Assembly: GCF_963921235.1 (NCBI RefSeq)
Contig: NC_086108.1
Location: 72,790,001-72,854,000, forward strand
Reading direction: 5' to 3'
DNA: 64,000 nt
Source of the DNA: Mobula hypostoma
Lineage: Eukaryota
Every line of letters starts with the position of its first letter. The stretch's first letter is position 1. A program made the translations under genes and the position numbers. The notes under the pieces were generated by a model. That model worked only from the letters and a program-made list of their open reading frames with translations, was not told where the DNA came from and made no database searches. Below, piece by piece: positions 38,400 through 51,791 of this stretch.

Positions 38400-40980
38400 A
38401 AACGGAAAAACTGGAGATACTCAGCAGGTCAGGCCACCTCTGTGGGAAGAGAAACAGAGGCAATGCCTCAGGTTGAATACCAATTGGCAGAACTGGGAAG
38501 GCTAAAAAAGAATCTCGTCAACCTGCAGGGAGGACGATGAAGGGTTAGGGGCAGACTGTACTGTGAATACCAAATGCAATACTGGGAGAACTCTAAGTGA
38601 CTTGCTTCTTTATCTGGAAAGTCATTTGAATCCATAGATGGTGAAAAGGGAGGAGGTTAGACAGATGTTACATCACCCGTGGTTGCAAAGGAAGGTGCTA
38701 GAAAAAAGGGCTGGTTAGAGAGGATGGACGAATGAACTAGGGAGTCACAAAGGGAATGATCCCTGTAAAATTTTGAAAGGGGAAAAGTCGAGAAGGCATG
38801 TCTGGCGATGGAATCTCTGAAGAAATTTCAGGGAATGATCTGTTGAGCGTGAAGCATGGAGAGATGGAAGGTGAACTGTCCAGGAAGTGAAGGACTGAGA
38901 GAGGAGTCATGGAAATAGATGAGATGCAGTCAAGAATTTTGTTGACAATGTTAGAGGGGAACCCATAGTTCAGTAGCAGTGATAGAAAGTCTCATCATTA
39001 GAGCAAATACAACAGAGTTGGAGGAATGGGGAGAATGGGGAGGAGGAAGGGTGAAACGATGAATAGTTGATACAGCTGTAGGAGTCAGTAGGCTTGTAAT
39101 GGATTAATGCAAGAGACAGCACCAGCATTGATGTACCAGGTAAAGAGCTGAGAGAGTGGGCCCAGGTAATCCTGGAACAAACGCTGTTCCACAAATCCCA
39201 CAATTAGCTGGATCCATAGCTATACCTTTGATCTGGAGGAATCGAGTGGAATTGAAGCAGAAGGTATTCAATGTGAGAGCAAATTCAGCAAGGCAAATCA
39301 GCTTTTTTGGTAGAGAGGAACTAGTTGGGTCCTGTTCTCAGAAGAACTAGAGGACCCTCAGAGCATCCTGATGTGGAATGGAGGAGTAGAGTGGCTGTAT
39401 GCCTATTGTAAACAGAGAACTGGAAACAGTCAACATCAGAGATGTAATTGGGAAATTACTAGGGTAGAAGAGAAAGAATGGAGTCAGAGTTGGAAGAAAT
39501 AAGTAGGATCAGGAAAAACAAGCTGAAGCAATTGGTCTGTTCAGGGCATTCTGCCTTTAGATTTTGAGCAGGAGATAGAAGTGAACTTTGCAGGGTTGGT
39601 ACACCTAAGGTTAGAAGCTCTGTGGGGAAGATATCATGAGAAAAGGAGGTCCATGATTCTCTGGGAAACCATGGCATGATGTTCTGTAATGGAGTAATGA
39701 TCCAAAATGACGGGGAGCTGATGTCTGAACTTTTCATGCCATCTCCAGCAGGATTCCACCACCAAGCACATCTTTCCACAGGGATCACTCCCTACGCAAT
39801 TCCCTGTCCATTTGTCCCTCCCCACTGAACTCCCTCCTGGTACTTATCCTTGCAAGTAGAGCAAGTGCTACCCCTGTCCCTACACCTCCTCCCTCATTAG
39901 CATTCAGAGCCCTAAACAGTCCTTGCAGGTGAGGCAGCACTTCACCTGTGAATGTGTTGGGGTCATCTACTGTATCCGATCCTCCCAGTGTGGCCTCCTG
40001 TGTATCGGTGAGACCCGACATAGATTGGGAGACCGCTTCACCGAGTACCTACCTCTGCCAGGAAAAGCGGGATCTCCTAGTTGCTACCCGTTATAATTTC
40101 AGTTCCTATTTCCATTCCAGTGTGTCGATCCATGGCCTCCTCTACTGTCACAATGAGGCCGCACAGGTTGGAGGAACAACACCTTATATTCGGTTTGGGT
40201 AACCTCCAAACTGATGGCATGAACATTGATTTCTCGAACTTTGAGTAATGCCCCCCCCCACTTCACTATTTCCCATCCTCCTTTCCCTCTCTCATCTTAT
40301 TTCCTTGCCCCTCCCCCAACGCCTCCCTCTGGTGCTCCTCCCCCCTTTTCTTTCACCCATGGCCTTCTGTCTCTTTCACTTACCAACTTCCAAGCTCTTT
40401 ACTTCATCCATCCCCTTCAGGTTTCACCTATCACCTTGTGCTCCCCTCCCCCCACCCTTTAAATCTACTCCTCGGCTTTTTTTCTTCAGTCCTGCCGAAG
40501 AGTTTCGGCCAGAAACATCGACAATATTGTTTTCCATAGATGCCACCTGGCCTGCTGAGTTCCTCTAGCATTTTGTGTGTGTTGTTTGCATGATGGAAGT
40601 CTGGTTGCCAGACCACAGCTGTACTACCTCTGTCAGGGAGTCTGTTGACGGTAATGGGGTTGGTTTTAGTGAATGGAGTGCCCCCAACGTCAGGAGGAGG
40701 CAGTGTGAGAGTGACGTTGTATTGGCAGCCAACAATGAGTAGATCTAGAGAGAGTAAGCAGCCAGAGGAAGATGTCCTGCTGGATCAGGAATACTGAAGA
40801 TGAGTGACAGGGTTCACAGTTTGGGGTGAAGACTCCTGGACAAAGAAATGGGCACGGAAGTAGAAGCAGCTAGAAAGGATTTCAACATCATGTTTTGTTT
40901 GGAATTTACCAGGATGGAGGTGTAGGGGAACAAAGCTGAGGTTTCCACTTCTGATTGATTGCATAGGAGGGGAAGATCAG
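38400..40980 (-). mobile_element. Old Penelope-like element with RT remnants, interrupted by a younger + strand copy
   Basis: ORF 38970-39203 IHYKPTDSYSCINYSSFHP..PFSPFLQLCCICS is the Penelope RT/thumb motif. Similar sequence resumes after 40590. Confidence 0.75.
39730..40585 (+). mobile_element. Penelope-like element 3' fragment with GIY-YIG
   Basis: GTYPCK..CYPCPY..VRQHFTCECVGVIYCIR..CGLLCIGETRHRLGDRF..LEEQHLIF..GMNIDFSNF, followed by the terminal repeat. Confidence 0.92.
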
Positions 40981-40983
40981 AAA

Positions 40984-41760
40984 GGTTCAAGGTTCAAGAT
41001 GGTTTAATGACATTTGCAGTACACAAGGATAAAGGAGAACAAAACAATTGTTACGCCAGATCCGACACAGCACAAACAAAGCAGAATAAACTAAAGGACA
41101 CAATAATAAAAAAAACTCAATAAATATAAGTACATAAGGTAGCTTATATAGATTGATTGTTCAGTAAGTGATACTAGGCATAGGAGTGTCTGTACATAAG
41201 GTCACTCTGACTGGAAATGATAAAGTAGCGGTGATGGGCAGTGTAGTGAAGTGGGTTAGTGAGTGGAAGTGTTGATCCACCTTACTGCTTGCAGAAGGGA
41301 ACTGTTTTTGAGTCTGGTAGTCCTGGTGAGGATGCTACGTAGCCTTCTTCCTGAGGGGAGTGGGACAAACAATCTATGAGCAGGCTGGGTGCGATCCTTC
41401 TTGACGTTGCTGGCCTTTTTCTGGCACCTTTCTATATATGGATATGTCTTTGATGGTGAGTAAACTGGTGCTGGAGATGTTCCGGGCAGATTTGACTACC
41501 TGTTGTAGAGCCTTGCTGTCCAGTCTCTGATCTATGCAGTGATGCAGCATGTTAAGATGCTCTGTACTGCACATCTGGAGAAGACGTTGGGTATTGATAT
41601 GCATAGACCAGCTCTCTTCAGCCTCCTCAGTAAGTAGTGGCATTGCTGACTGTGTAGAGTGTGTTCTTGGACCATGAGTTTGTGTGAGATGTGCACTCCC
41701 AAGAGTTTCAAACTGCCTGCTGTTTCCACTACTGTATCACCAATGTAAAGGATGGTGAAA
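40984..41760 (-). mobile_element. Rex1/Babar LINE 3' fragment
   Basis: ORF 41532-41729 LLRRLKRAGL..RCAVQSILTCCITA. (TTGAACC)n tail on the minus strand at ~40984. Confidence 0.85.
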
Positions 41761-44700
41761 ACATGGCACGTGGTGTGTCAGAGATGGATCCAGAGGGATA
41801 TTGGAATGTAAGAGCTGTTAGACTTTACATTTCTTGACATTTGAGAAACAGAAAAATTGTCTATCGCACACCTAATGTGACAAAAAATAAAATGGAATTG
41901 TGAACCATGATAGCTTTGAGATGAAGTGGGTTGGTGTGGTATAGCATTGAGTGTGGATCTGAGGATGCGTAGTGAACTGTCGTCTAAAAGAAACTCGATA
42001 TTCTGGTTGCCCTGTGACATTTAGAAATGTTGTGACTCCCTCTAATAAGCACATCCCTGGTAGCTGGCTCACATCAACAGCCAAGTCAGTCATCTTGCCT
42101 TTTTTTCTGTTAGGAGATAAAAATGCATTTGAATGATATTTATTTCTTTCAGAATCTAGCAATCCTTCACTTTTTCTTAGAAATGTTTAATTTGAATGTT
42201 GTTTTTTAAAGTTTTTAGCGACTGGAAATAGTCATCTCCTATATCATCCAACAGTCTCTGGCTGAATTTCTGAAATGTTGTTATAAATTCGATCTGCTCT
42301 GAGTAAGACAATACCTCCAATTTCTGTTACTTTTGCTCATTTCTCAAGGAACGTTGGCCTGTTAAAAGGACCAACTTCGTACTTTTCTTTTTTTCATGCG
42401 CCAGAGGCGGCTTCAGTTGAATCCCTCTCTGGACAGTAAAACTTGGTTCTTTATGACTCAGTAAGAAGTCTGTTTACATAGATATGTTTTTCATGGATGA
42501 ATGCCTACTTTTTTTAGAACTCTGGGAATAAGCCTCCTTTGTAAATGTTCCTTTTTTTTATTTTCTTTGGTGTGTGTTATGAATTCAGTGTCACATGAAT
42601 ATAGGGTTATCTAAGTAAAAGCAATGCCTTTAACCCACTACATTCTTCCTTCAAATGTTTCACTGCTTCATAGACATATGTATGCATGTCCTATGGACTG
42701 GATCACATCAATCATTAATTGAGCCATGTAATAGCTTTAAGACTTAGTTGGAGAAATAAAATTTTGTAAAATGTATGGCCACTTTGTGTGACATTGTGAC
42801 TTAACTTCAATAATTTTCAAATTACATTGAGAAACTTGTAGCATTTAACTTTAAAGCCTCCCCTACAGTAGCTGTGTTTTATTTCTTTGCTTTTAAATAG
42901 TATGCCATTTAGTTTGAAGCCCAGTTTTAGAAGCATATATAATATAGAGTCTCATATACTGTATATAACCGGAATGCACGTGTTGCAAACAAACAAGTAT
43001 GAATTCCTTACTTAATTAAAAATATCTATCACTTGACCAACAATAATTACAAAATCAAATCAATATCATGAATTCATCATTTTGGTCTGATAGTAAATGT
43101 ATACTCTTGATAAACTTGACATACTATAGTGATTGAAAATATGACGATGTGAGATTTCTCCATTTATTTAGTTCCTTTTTTAAAAAAGGCAATGTTAAAC
43201 AGCAGATGTTGGGCTCTCTAGTAGTAGGAAGTACAGCTGAGCTGTGTTGGCTGGGTGTGTGAGCATCAAAGCACTATCAAGGGATAACAATTAAGGAGTA
43301 GCTTGCTCATCTCCTCTCCCCTATATTCAGCACCTGCTTTTAATCTCATGGCCTGGCCTAGAAACTCTCTGTTTGCACGACCATAATATTAAACTGATCT
43401 CAGACCCTCTTATCTCAACAAAAAGAATAGTATTTCTTGGTTCAAAAGTCTTCACGATATTTAGATTTTTTAAAAGGCAATCTTTAGAAATGAAGTGAGC
43501 TTTTCTCTCTGTTTAGAGTAGTCTCTTGTTTTATCTAACCAGCAAAGTAGTCAGTGTTAACCTACAACAAACGAGTAGCATCAAATTGGAAGTTTGACTT
43601 CTGAACCAAATCCTTTATTCTCATGCCATGTGCAGCAGCAGTAGGTTTTAATGATTAATTGGACTTTTCTGTATCCATGTTATCATCATGTGGGTGATGA
43701 TCAGTCTGGCTTTATCAAGACTGTCTACAGGCCTATAATAGACCATCTGTGCTCGATCAAAGAGAGTTACAAGCAACTGCAATGCTGTTAATGATTTGGC
43801 CAACAGTAGACTGATCTTGTGAAATTGTTATTCTCAGTGGTCAACTTATATTAACCCTTTCATTTAAAATTATCCTCAATAACAGCTCAGTTTTTGTAGA
43901 TATTTCACAATGAAAATATGTAAAGATTGGCTATGACATCACTGAATGGTAGAGAGGCTCAAAGGGCCCTTGGCATACTCTGGGTTCTTTTTCATGTTAC
44001 GTAGTGGATTGCCTTTGATTTTCCTCCGTATGAACTGGCAAATTTTTCAATTACTTTGTTTACAAAACTGGTGAAATGTATTTAGGAAAGCCACACAAAA
44101 CAGAAGGCTGTTTCATGCACTGGTAGGTCAAAAGAAATGTTGGAGTAGAAGTTCCTTCTCTGTTACTTATACTGAATGTGCAATATTATTTTGAAAACAA
44201 ATTTCGGAAACAGGGTACCAAGTTTGCTGCTTGAGTTTTACGTGTTGCATACATGAAATTTACTCCTGGTCACATGAGCAAATTTCTACCCCTTTGAATA
44301 TGAGCCTGTCCCCGATATCCTGCTGCTGGATTATACCTGTCTGAAATTAAACCTCTCTTTTTCAGTATTTTGCTTACTCATTTGTTCTTTTGATTTATTA
44401 TCTTCAATTCTGTGTTCAATGATCCGTGTTACTTCTATCTTGTCTTTTTTGTGCTTTATCTACTGTATATTGATTGCCTTCAGTCCACAGTTCTTGGTTG
44501 AAAGCCTCTTCCTTGACAATCAAAATCTCTTATGCTTTCTTCATATTACCTCAACATCTTTTCCTGCCATCCATCTCAATCTCCTACCTACTTCATTCCT
44601 CACTTACATTCATTTTACTTAAGCATGACCTCTTGCTCATCCTGTCTCCTCCTCCATCTCCGTTTTGTGTAACTCTTTGGAAGAAATACATGAAAATATC

Positions 44701-46583
44701 TTGAACCCTTAGAAAGCTATGGAAATATTCCCTAATTCAATGCAGATACTGTGAGGGCACAGGTGGAAGGTCATAATCAGTGGCAGCGAATACAGGAAAG
44801 GGGTATGTTAAAAGGAAAGTGGCCAAGAAGCCAGGAAGCTAAAGAAATATTTTTGGGATATTCTACAATGGCATGGGGCAAGGCCACTTCCAACCCATAA
44901 AGATGTACAACAACAGCACTTAGTTTTGGGTAGCTCATAACAATAGACACCTCTCACATTCTGTCTGCTACTCTTAAATTAGTACATTGTCTATCCTAGT
45001 TCCTGTATTACAGAGCAGACATTACCCCCAAATATATATTCAGAAATTATTAGCTATCTTCTTTGAACCCTTCCATCAATTTTCTATGGTAACTGTCTGT
45101 GGCTAAATTTGATGACTTACAACTTCGACCTCATTTTTGCTCTGACCAAACTTTTTGATTGGTCAACAATATAACTTCTTATAGCCTCTATAATTCTCCA
45201 TTGATGCTGCATCTCAGGTGCTTCTGGAACCTTCATCCATGTTTTTGTTACTTCTGGACTTGATATCCGGGTGGCATCCTTCGATCAGATCTCCATCAAT
45301 GAGGGCATACAAAATTCTGATTTGGACAAAGATCTGTTCACTCATTACCTTTCTTGAATGACTTCTTGATCTTCCCCAAATTTTAACTCTATATTATGAT
45401 GGCCACCCTTTACTTGCCAAAGCCGTGAGTACTGCAGTTTCAATCCTAGCTTTGTCTTTTCTTTGTGATGCCCTCTATACATCTATCATTTTGACCAGTG
45501 TCTTGGGAAAATTGCCCAATATCTGCATATGAGGCTTGATTTTAAATGTTGTTAATATTCCAGTAAAAAACCTTGGGAAGTTCTACTATATCAAAGATGC
45601 TGCACAATTAAAAGATTTTATTTTACAATTTTTACTAAGTATCATCCCAACCTTTATTTTTGTCAGAAAGAAGCCTAAAAACGGACTCAAAACTCATGAA
45701 ATAAATTAGTAGGACATACTGTACACATATGGTGTGATATTTCATTGTTTCACCTTCCATATTTTGTACGCTTTTACCCTTTTCCTATCTGGTCTCTCTT
45801 TTTATTCCTTTTTCCTTTCTTGCTCAAACTCTTTCTGCTTTCCTCTTTTTTCTAACTCCTATCACTCACACCCTATTCTTGTGCACAAACTTGTCAAACA
45901 GTGACAAGCAGAGAATGGGATTGCAAGGTGACTTCATATGGCAAATTTTTATTATTTTGTAAATTCAGACATAGGAATTTAAGGGCTTGAAACACTCTAA
46001 AATTTTTAAGATCTTATGCATGTGATGTGACCTATTTAACAGATTGCTACTGAGACCAAAATAGCTTTGCCTCATTCTCATTACAAACTTTTAAGTTATA
46101 ATATATTAATGTAAGCACTTTGCCTTCTTTAATTCTTAATTAGCATTTCTATGTAATGTTCAGAGATGTATATTAATGTAGTAACAAACTTTCTGGCTTC
46201 AAGAGTATTGAGTCACAGAGGAAAAACAGTGATAAATCGGTATTTAACTTTTTGATGACAATTAAAAGGTACAGAATGTTGTTTTGGCAACCTTAGTGAA
46301 ATGAACAGCTGTGTTTTACAAAGTAGCTCCCGACAATGTAAATGTCATATTAGCCATATTGAGGTCACATGAAAATAATGCTCTCAGTTTTGCAGTTGTA
46401 CCAAGTTATCCAATGTTTAGTGAACTCCAAGTCTTCTAAAATAAACTGTGCTGTGCAATGAACTCAAGTTACCTCTTGCACATTGCAAATTAAAATAATC
46501 GGACTGTTATAGTTACAGCTATCACTCTTTCAGTTCACTCTCCTCAGACCATGTCAGTAGCTGCCAATGGTTTTGTTTATAGT

Positions 46584-46906
46584 AACATAGAAAACCTACA
46601 GCACATTACAGGCCCTTCGGCCCACAAAGTTTTGCTGAACATGTCCCTACCTTAGAAATTACTAGGCTTACCTATAGCCCTCTATTTTTCTAAGCTCCAT
46701 GTACCTATCCAAAAGTCTGTTCAAAGGCCCTATCGTATCCGCTTCCACCACCGTTGCCGGCAGCCCATTCCACGCACTTACCACTCTGAGTAAAAAACTT
46801 ACCCCTGACATCTCCCCTGTACCTACTCCCCAGCACCTTAAACCCGTGTCCTCTTGTGGCAACTATTTCAGCCCTGGGAGAAAGCCTCTGACTATCCACA
46901 CGATCA
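46584..46906 (-). mobile_element. Short CR1 3' end
   Basis: TRGHGFKVLGSRYRGDVRGKFFTQ plus 3' UTR; same family as the inner CR1 ending at 57060. Confidence 0.9.
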
Positions 46907-47609
46907 ATTGTAGTTCTATTGTAGTTATTGTAGTTCTGTTCTGCTGTCCGTTAAGTGAAAACATCTCATCATCATTGTAACTATTTAACCATCTCTCTGT
47001 AGCAAAAATGTTTAGCTTAATAGCTGTTATTAATTTAAAGCCTGTGCCACTTGGGTTTTAGTACAGCTGTTTTTGAATCTGTATGTTTCTTCTTCATCAT
47101 AAGCCTAAATCATTACTGATCATCTGATGTATAAAAGTCTTTCATTATTGGATGACTAACCACAAATTGCCCTTCAGTGAAAGAAACATGACAAGACGGC
47201 CTCTCTTAAATTGATGCATTCACATTGACATAGCCAGTGTCAAAGCTAATAAGTGGAACCCCTATAAACTTTAGGGAGCAATTTTCAGTCTGAGTAATTT
47301 TCACATTAGATACCTTTCTTCTTTGGGCCACACACATCTCACCAAATTTCCCAATGTTGTAATGTAGTATTTCTCTTCTCATATTTTAACCATTCCTGCT
47401 ACCCCTTTGTATGAGGTTTCGATGACTGATACTGACTTTCAAGCAATTTTGTGGTACTGGCTGCCACAACCAAAAACCGTTTTGGCATAAATCAAGCTCA
47501 TTTTAATTAAACTTTCCAATAAAACGTCATCAACCTGAAGCAATAAATCTGTTTCCCTCTCCAGATGTTGCCTGACTATCACCATTATTTTATTTCAGAA
47601 TTTCTACCA

Positions 47610-47942
47610 TGATAGATGGAATCTTTTCCCCAGGATGGCAATTTCAAATACTAAAGGAAATTGTTTTAAGGTGTGAGGAGAAAAGTTTAAAGAAGATGAT
47701 TGTGGCAGGTTTTTTACACAGAGAGTGGTAGATGCCGAGAATGTGCTGTCAGCTAAGATGGTGGAATCGGACACTCTGGCAGCACTTAAGGGGAATTTAG
47801 GCAGGCTTGTTAACAGGCAAGGAATGGAGAGATGTAGACCACGTGCAGTCAGATGTACAGTTTAATTTGACGTTCTGGTCGGTGCAGATACTGTGGACCA
47901 AACGATCCGTTCCTGGCCAGTATTGCATTCCAAGTTCTATGT
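47610..47942 (+). mobile_element. CR1 3' end
   Basis: FFTQRVV motif and TTCTATGTTC tail. Confidence 0.7.
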
Positions 47943-48419
47943 TCCATATAGGTTCTCTGTGCTCTGTTTCCAGAATTTGCAGTACTCTGCTTTTGTTTCA
48001 GAATGAATCAAACTCATTTCATTTAAGAAGCTTATGGGGTGGTGGGAAGCAGAGAAATCATCTTTTCAGGATCCAAGCCCTATCTAAAATATTAACATAA
48101 AAATACTATAACTCTACTTTGCTATCGAAGCCTCTCTCCTAATCACCTTCCCTAGTTAAAGCATTTTGATGTCTCATATTAACCTTTTATTCCAAAGGTT
48201 ATGTATTATGCATCTCTTGCAACTACTTATTAAAAGGTTTTCTGTACCTTTTCCAATGTGCCCAGCAATATTTTGCCAACAGTGGCTTATTATCGTGATA
48301 GCACAAGTGTTACAGTGCAGTCGGCGGATTTGTTCAGGGAGCGAACTTTTTTAAAAATCTGCACCAGTATGGGCATGCAGGGGTAAAATACTGTGCTTAA
48401 ATTACAAACCTACTTACCC

Positions 48420-48660
48420 AGAAGGCTAACAAACGAAAGCCATTGAGTTCAAACCCCACCATAACAGGTACAGAAGTAAATTGTTTATAATCTAGATTTA
48501 AAAAAAGAAGAGAGTAGGTGTTTTAATGATGATCACAAAACTATTATCTGTTTCACTGGTGGTCCTCAGAAGAGGAATTCTGCCCTCCTTACCCAAATTG
48601 CCCTTGTGTGCCCCCAGATTAGCAGTAATGATAAAATGAATTAAGTTGTATCAATTCACC
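48420..48660 (+). mobile_element. Degenerate SINE (SacSINE-like)
   Basis: B-box-like GAGTTCAAACCCCACCA, followed by GAAGAGGAATTCTGCCCTCCTTACCC, which I recall from chondrichthyan SINE bodies. Confidence 0.45.
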
Positions 48661-48734
48661 ATATTCAAGCAGAAAGGAAGAATAAATATAAATGAATCAC
48701 CTAGCAACAGTTACGGCATGGAATATGGACATGG

Positions 48735-50442
48735 CAAAGTTCCTCCCAGTCCAGCGACCTTATAAGTGGAAAGAGTGACAAATTTCAAGTTCCTGGGTGT
48801 CAATGTCTCTGAGGATTGATCCTGGGCCCAACATATCGATGCAGCGACAGAGAAGGCACGGCAGCTATATTTCATTAGGAATTTGAAGAGAATTGGTATG
48901 TCACCAAAGACACTCACAAATTTCTACAGATGTACCATGGACAGCATTCCAACTGTCTGGTCTGGGAGGGCCAGGATCGGAATTAACTATCTGGAAGGGG
49001 GAACCGAGTGTAATGTATCTAAATTTGCTGACGATACTAAATTGAGTGGAAAGGCAAATTGTGCAAAAGATGCAGAGAGTCTGCAGAGAGATATAGATAA
49101 GTGAGTGGGCAAGAGTCTAGAAGATGGAATACAATGTTGGTAAATGCAAGGTCATCCACTTTGGAAGAAAAAATGAAAGCAGATTATTATTTAAATGATA
49201 AAAAATTGCAGCATGCTGCTGTATAGAGGGACTTAGGAGTGCTTGTGCATGAATCACAAAAGGTTGGTTTGCAGGTGCAGCAGGCTATCAAGAAGGCAAA
49301 TGGGATGTTGGCCTTCATTGCTAGAGGGATTGAATTTAAGAGCAGGGATGTTATGCTGCAACTGTACAGGGTACTGGTAAGGCTGCACCTGGAGTACTGT
49401 GTGCAGTTTTGGTCTCCTTACTTGAATAAAGATATACTGACTTTGGAGGTGGTGCAGAGGAGGTTCACCAGGTTGATTCCAGAGATGAGGGGGTTAGACA
49501 ATGAGGAGAGATTGAGTCGCCTGGGGCTGTACTTACTGGAAATCAGAAGAATGAGAGAGATCTTATAGAAACATATAAAATTATGAAAGGGATAGACAAG
49601 ATAGAGGCAGGAAAGTTGTTTCCACTGATAGGTGAGACTAGAGCTAAGGGTCATAGCCTCAAGATTCGGAGGAGTAGATTTAGGACGGAGATAAGGAGGA
49701 ACTGCTTTTCCCAGAGAGTGGTGAATCTGTGGAATTCTCTGCACAGTGAAGCATTGGAAGCAACAAGGTTGAATAGATTTTTGCATAGTAGGGGAATTAA
49801 GGTTTATGGGGAAAAGGCAGGTAGGTGAAGATGAGTCCGCGGCCAGATCAGCCCTGATCTTATTGAATGGTGGGGCAGGCTCGACAGGCCAGATGGCCAA
49901 CTTCTGAAACTTAGTCAGTTCCATCATGGGCACTAACCTCTAAAGAATCCAGTTCATCCTCAAGGAATGATGCCTCAAAAGGGCGGCACCCATCATTAAT
50001 GACCCCCATCGCCCTTTTCTCACTGCTGCCATCAGGGAGGAAGTACGGGAGCCTGAAGGCAGACACTCAACAATTCAGGAACAGCTTCTTCCCCTCTGCT
50101 GTCCGGTTTCTTAATGGACATTGAAGCTGTGAACACTACCTCACAACTTTTTTTAAAAATTTCTATTTTTCGCATTACTTATTTAAGTTAACTGTTTAAT
50201 ATACTTTGAGGCCTTGGTATAATGCACAGTAAAAAAAATTCAGTCAGAAAATGTTCCAAACATGTTGGACACGAGGTGAAAGGAGTTATTGAATGACCAT
50301 CTTGCTTATATAATATAATAAATAAAAACTCACTGTAATTAACGTTTTTTTCTCTATTATTATGTATTACATTGTACTGCTGCCGCAAAGACAACAGATT
50401 TCACAACATATACCGACGATATTAAACATGATTCTAATTCTG
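48735..50442 (+). mobile_element. Rex1/Babar LINE fragment interrupted by a CR1 (48985-49903) and by the inverted-duplication insert
   Basis: FKFLGVNVSED..KARQLYFIRNLKRIGMSPKTLTNFYRCTMDSI. Resumes at ~49905 with LLPSGRKYGSLK..FRNSFFPSAVRFLN. Tail GATTCTAATTCTGA. Confidence 0.88.
48985..49903 (+). mobile_element. 5'-truncated CR1
   Basis: [33 protein letters not shown] and RVVNLWNSL. Confidence 0.93.
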
Positions 50443-51791
50443 AAGTTCTCCACATAATTATCTACAGATTGATAGTTAAATTGAAGGAGCTCTGCCCCAG
50501 GATGGGCAAGAACAACTTGACATAATTACCCTCTTAAAATCATTCCATATTGGCATTTATTTTTCAAGTTCCTTTATTACTGTCTCTGGATACTCTAGTA
50601 TAACTGTAGTTAGTGTCTATCAAATTTGGAGTTATCTCTTGAACAAAGGAAGATATTTGTGGTTGTGGAAGTCAATTATCCCTGTGCCAGAATATTGCTG
50701 CAGTCTTCCTCAGGGCATTTTTCTAGGTCCAATCCTCTTAGGCTGTTTTACCAAAGGATCATTCATCACAATTTCAGAAGCAAGGATGTTTGCAGAAAAT
50801 AGGATAATGTCCAGGATAATTTATATCTCTTTATCATATGAAGAGATCCATGAAGGCATTCTGCAAAACTATCAATTTTAGGGCATGGCCTGATAAGTGA
50901 CCAACAACACTGGTACCAGACAATCACCTTCTCCACCAACAGATAACCTGACCATGTACCCACAACATTCATTTACTGACCACTATTGAGTTTCCCACCA
51001 TCAACGTAGATACATTTCTCTTAGTAGTATGGTTCTCATACCAAAAGGGCACCTATTTGTGTAAACATATATTTAGTTTTCAAGGGAAATTGGATGGAAC
51101 TGAAGAGTGTGAACCTCAAAACTCCATTTAGAAAGGAGGGGGTAGATTCAGAAGGCAACATCAGCTACAGCTTTTGGTTTTAGAAGAAGTACTAAACAAA
51201 TAAAGGAGCAGATTATGGTCGTGTGTTGGGAATTGTTGGTCTAATAGATCTATGCAAATGCAAACTGAAATAAGGAACAATGCCTGGAAGAATTAATGAT
51301 TATCCTCATAAAGAGTAAGTTAGTTTGCATTTTAGTCCTAATTCCAGTTTTGCTCGCTGTTACTGTTGTTGGTGTGACTTACTGGAGTTAACAATGTTCG
51401 CAATGTATGTTTCTCCCATTGTGTGTGTATGTGTGAAAGAGATAAGGATAGCGAAAGTACGTGACTGGTCAAATATGTGAAAAGACTTAACATATTCATA
51501 AAATAGAGCCTTCTTTTTCTCTTAGACTTGGGGCTGGCATTTATGAGTCAAGTGTTCCGGGACAAAAGCAAAAGCAGTTTTGTTTTTAATGCAATAGCAT
51601 ACAAGTAACTATTTGTACAGTGTAACTTTAGCTGTATCCCAGGGGAGGGTGATAGCATTGATCAAATGAAACCATTATTCACATAAGCAAGATGGCCGTT
51701 CAATGACCCCTTTCACCTCGTATCCAACATGATTAGAACATTTTCTGACAGTGAATTTTTTTACTGTGCATTATACCAAGGCCTCAAAGTA
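50202..51791. repeat. ~108-bp inverted repeat pair (50202-50309 and 51683-51791)
   Basis: Manual alignment to the reverse complement gives about 7 substitutions and 2 small indels. The first 29 bp (TACTTTGAGGCCTTGGTATAATGCACAGT) are identical. Confidence 0.95.
50640..51005 (+). mobile_element. Old CR1-clade RT fragment
   Basis: LPQGIFLGPILLGCF..MFAEN (decayed PQGSVLGP..FADD). Confidence 0.6.

Noticed and set aside
50202..51791. Reading the inverted repeat as TIRs of a 1.6-kb TA-flanked DNA transposon
   Set aside because: The interrupted Rex1 tail resumes right after the left arm, inside the supposed element, rather than after the right arm. There is also no transposase remnant.
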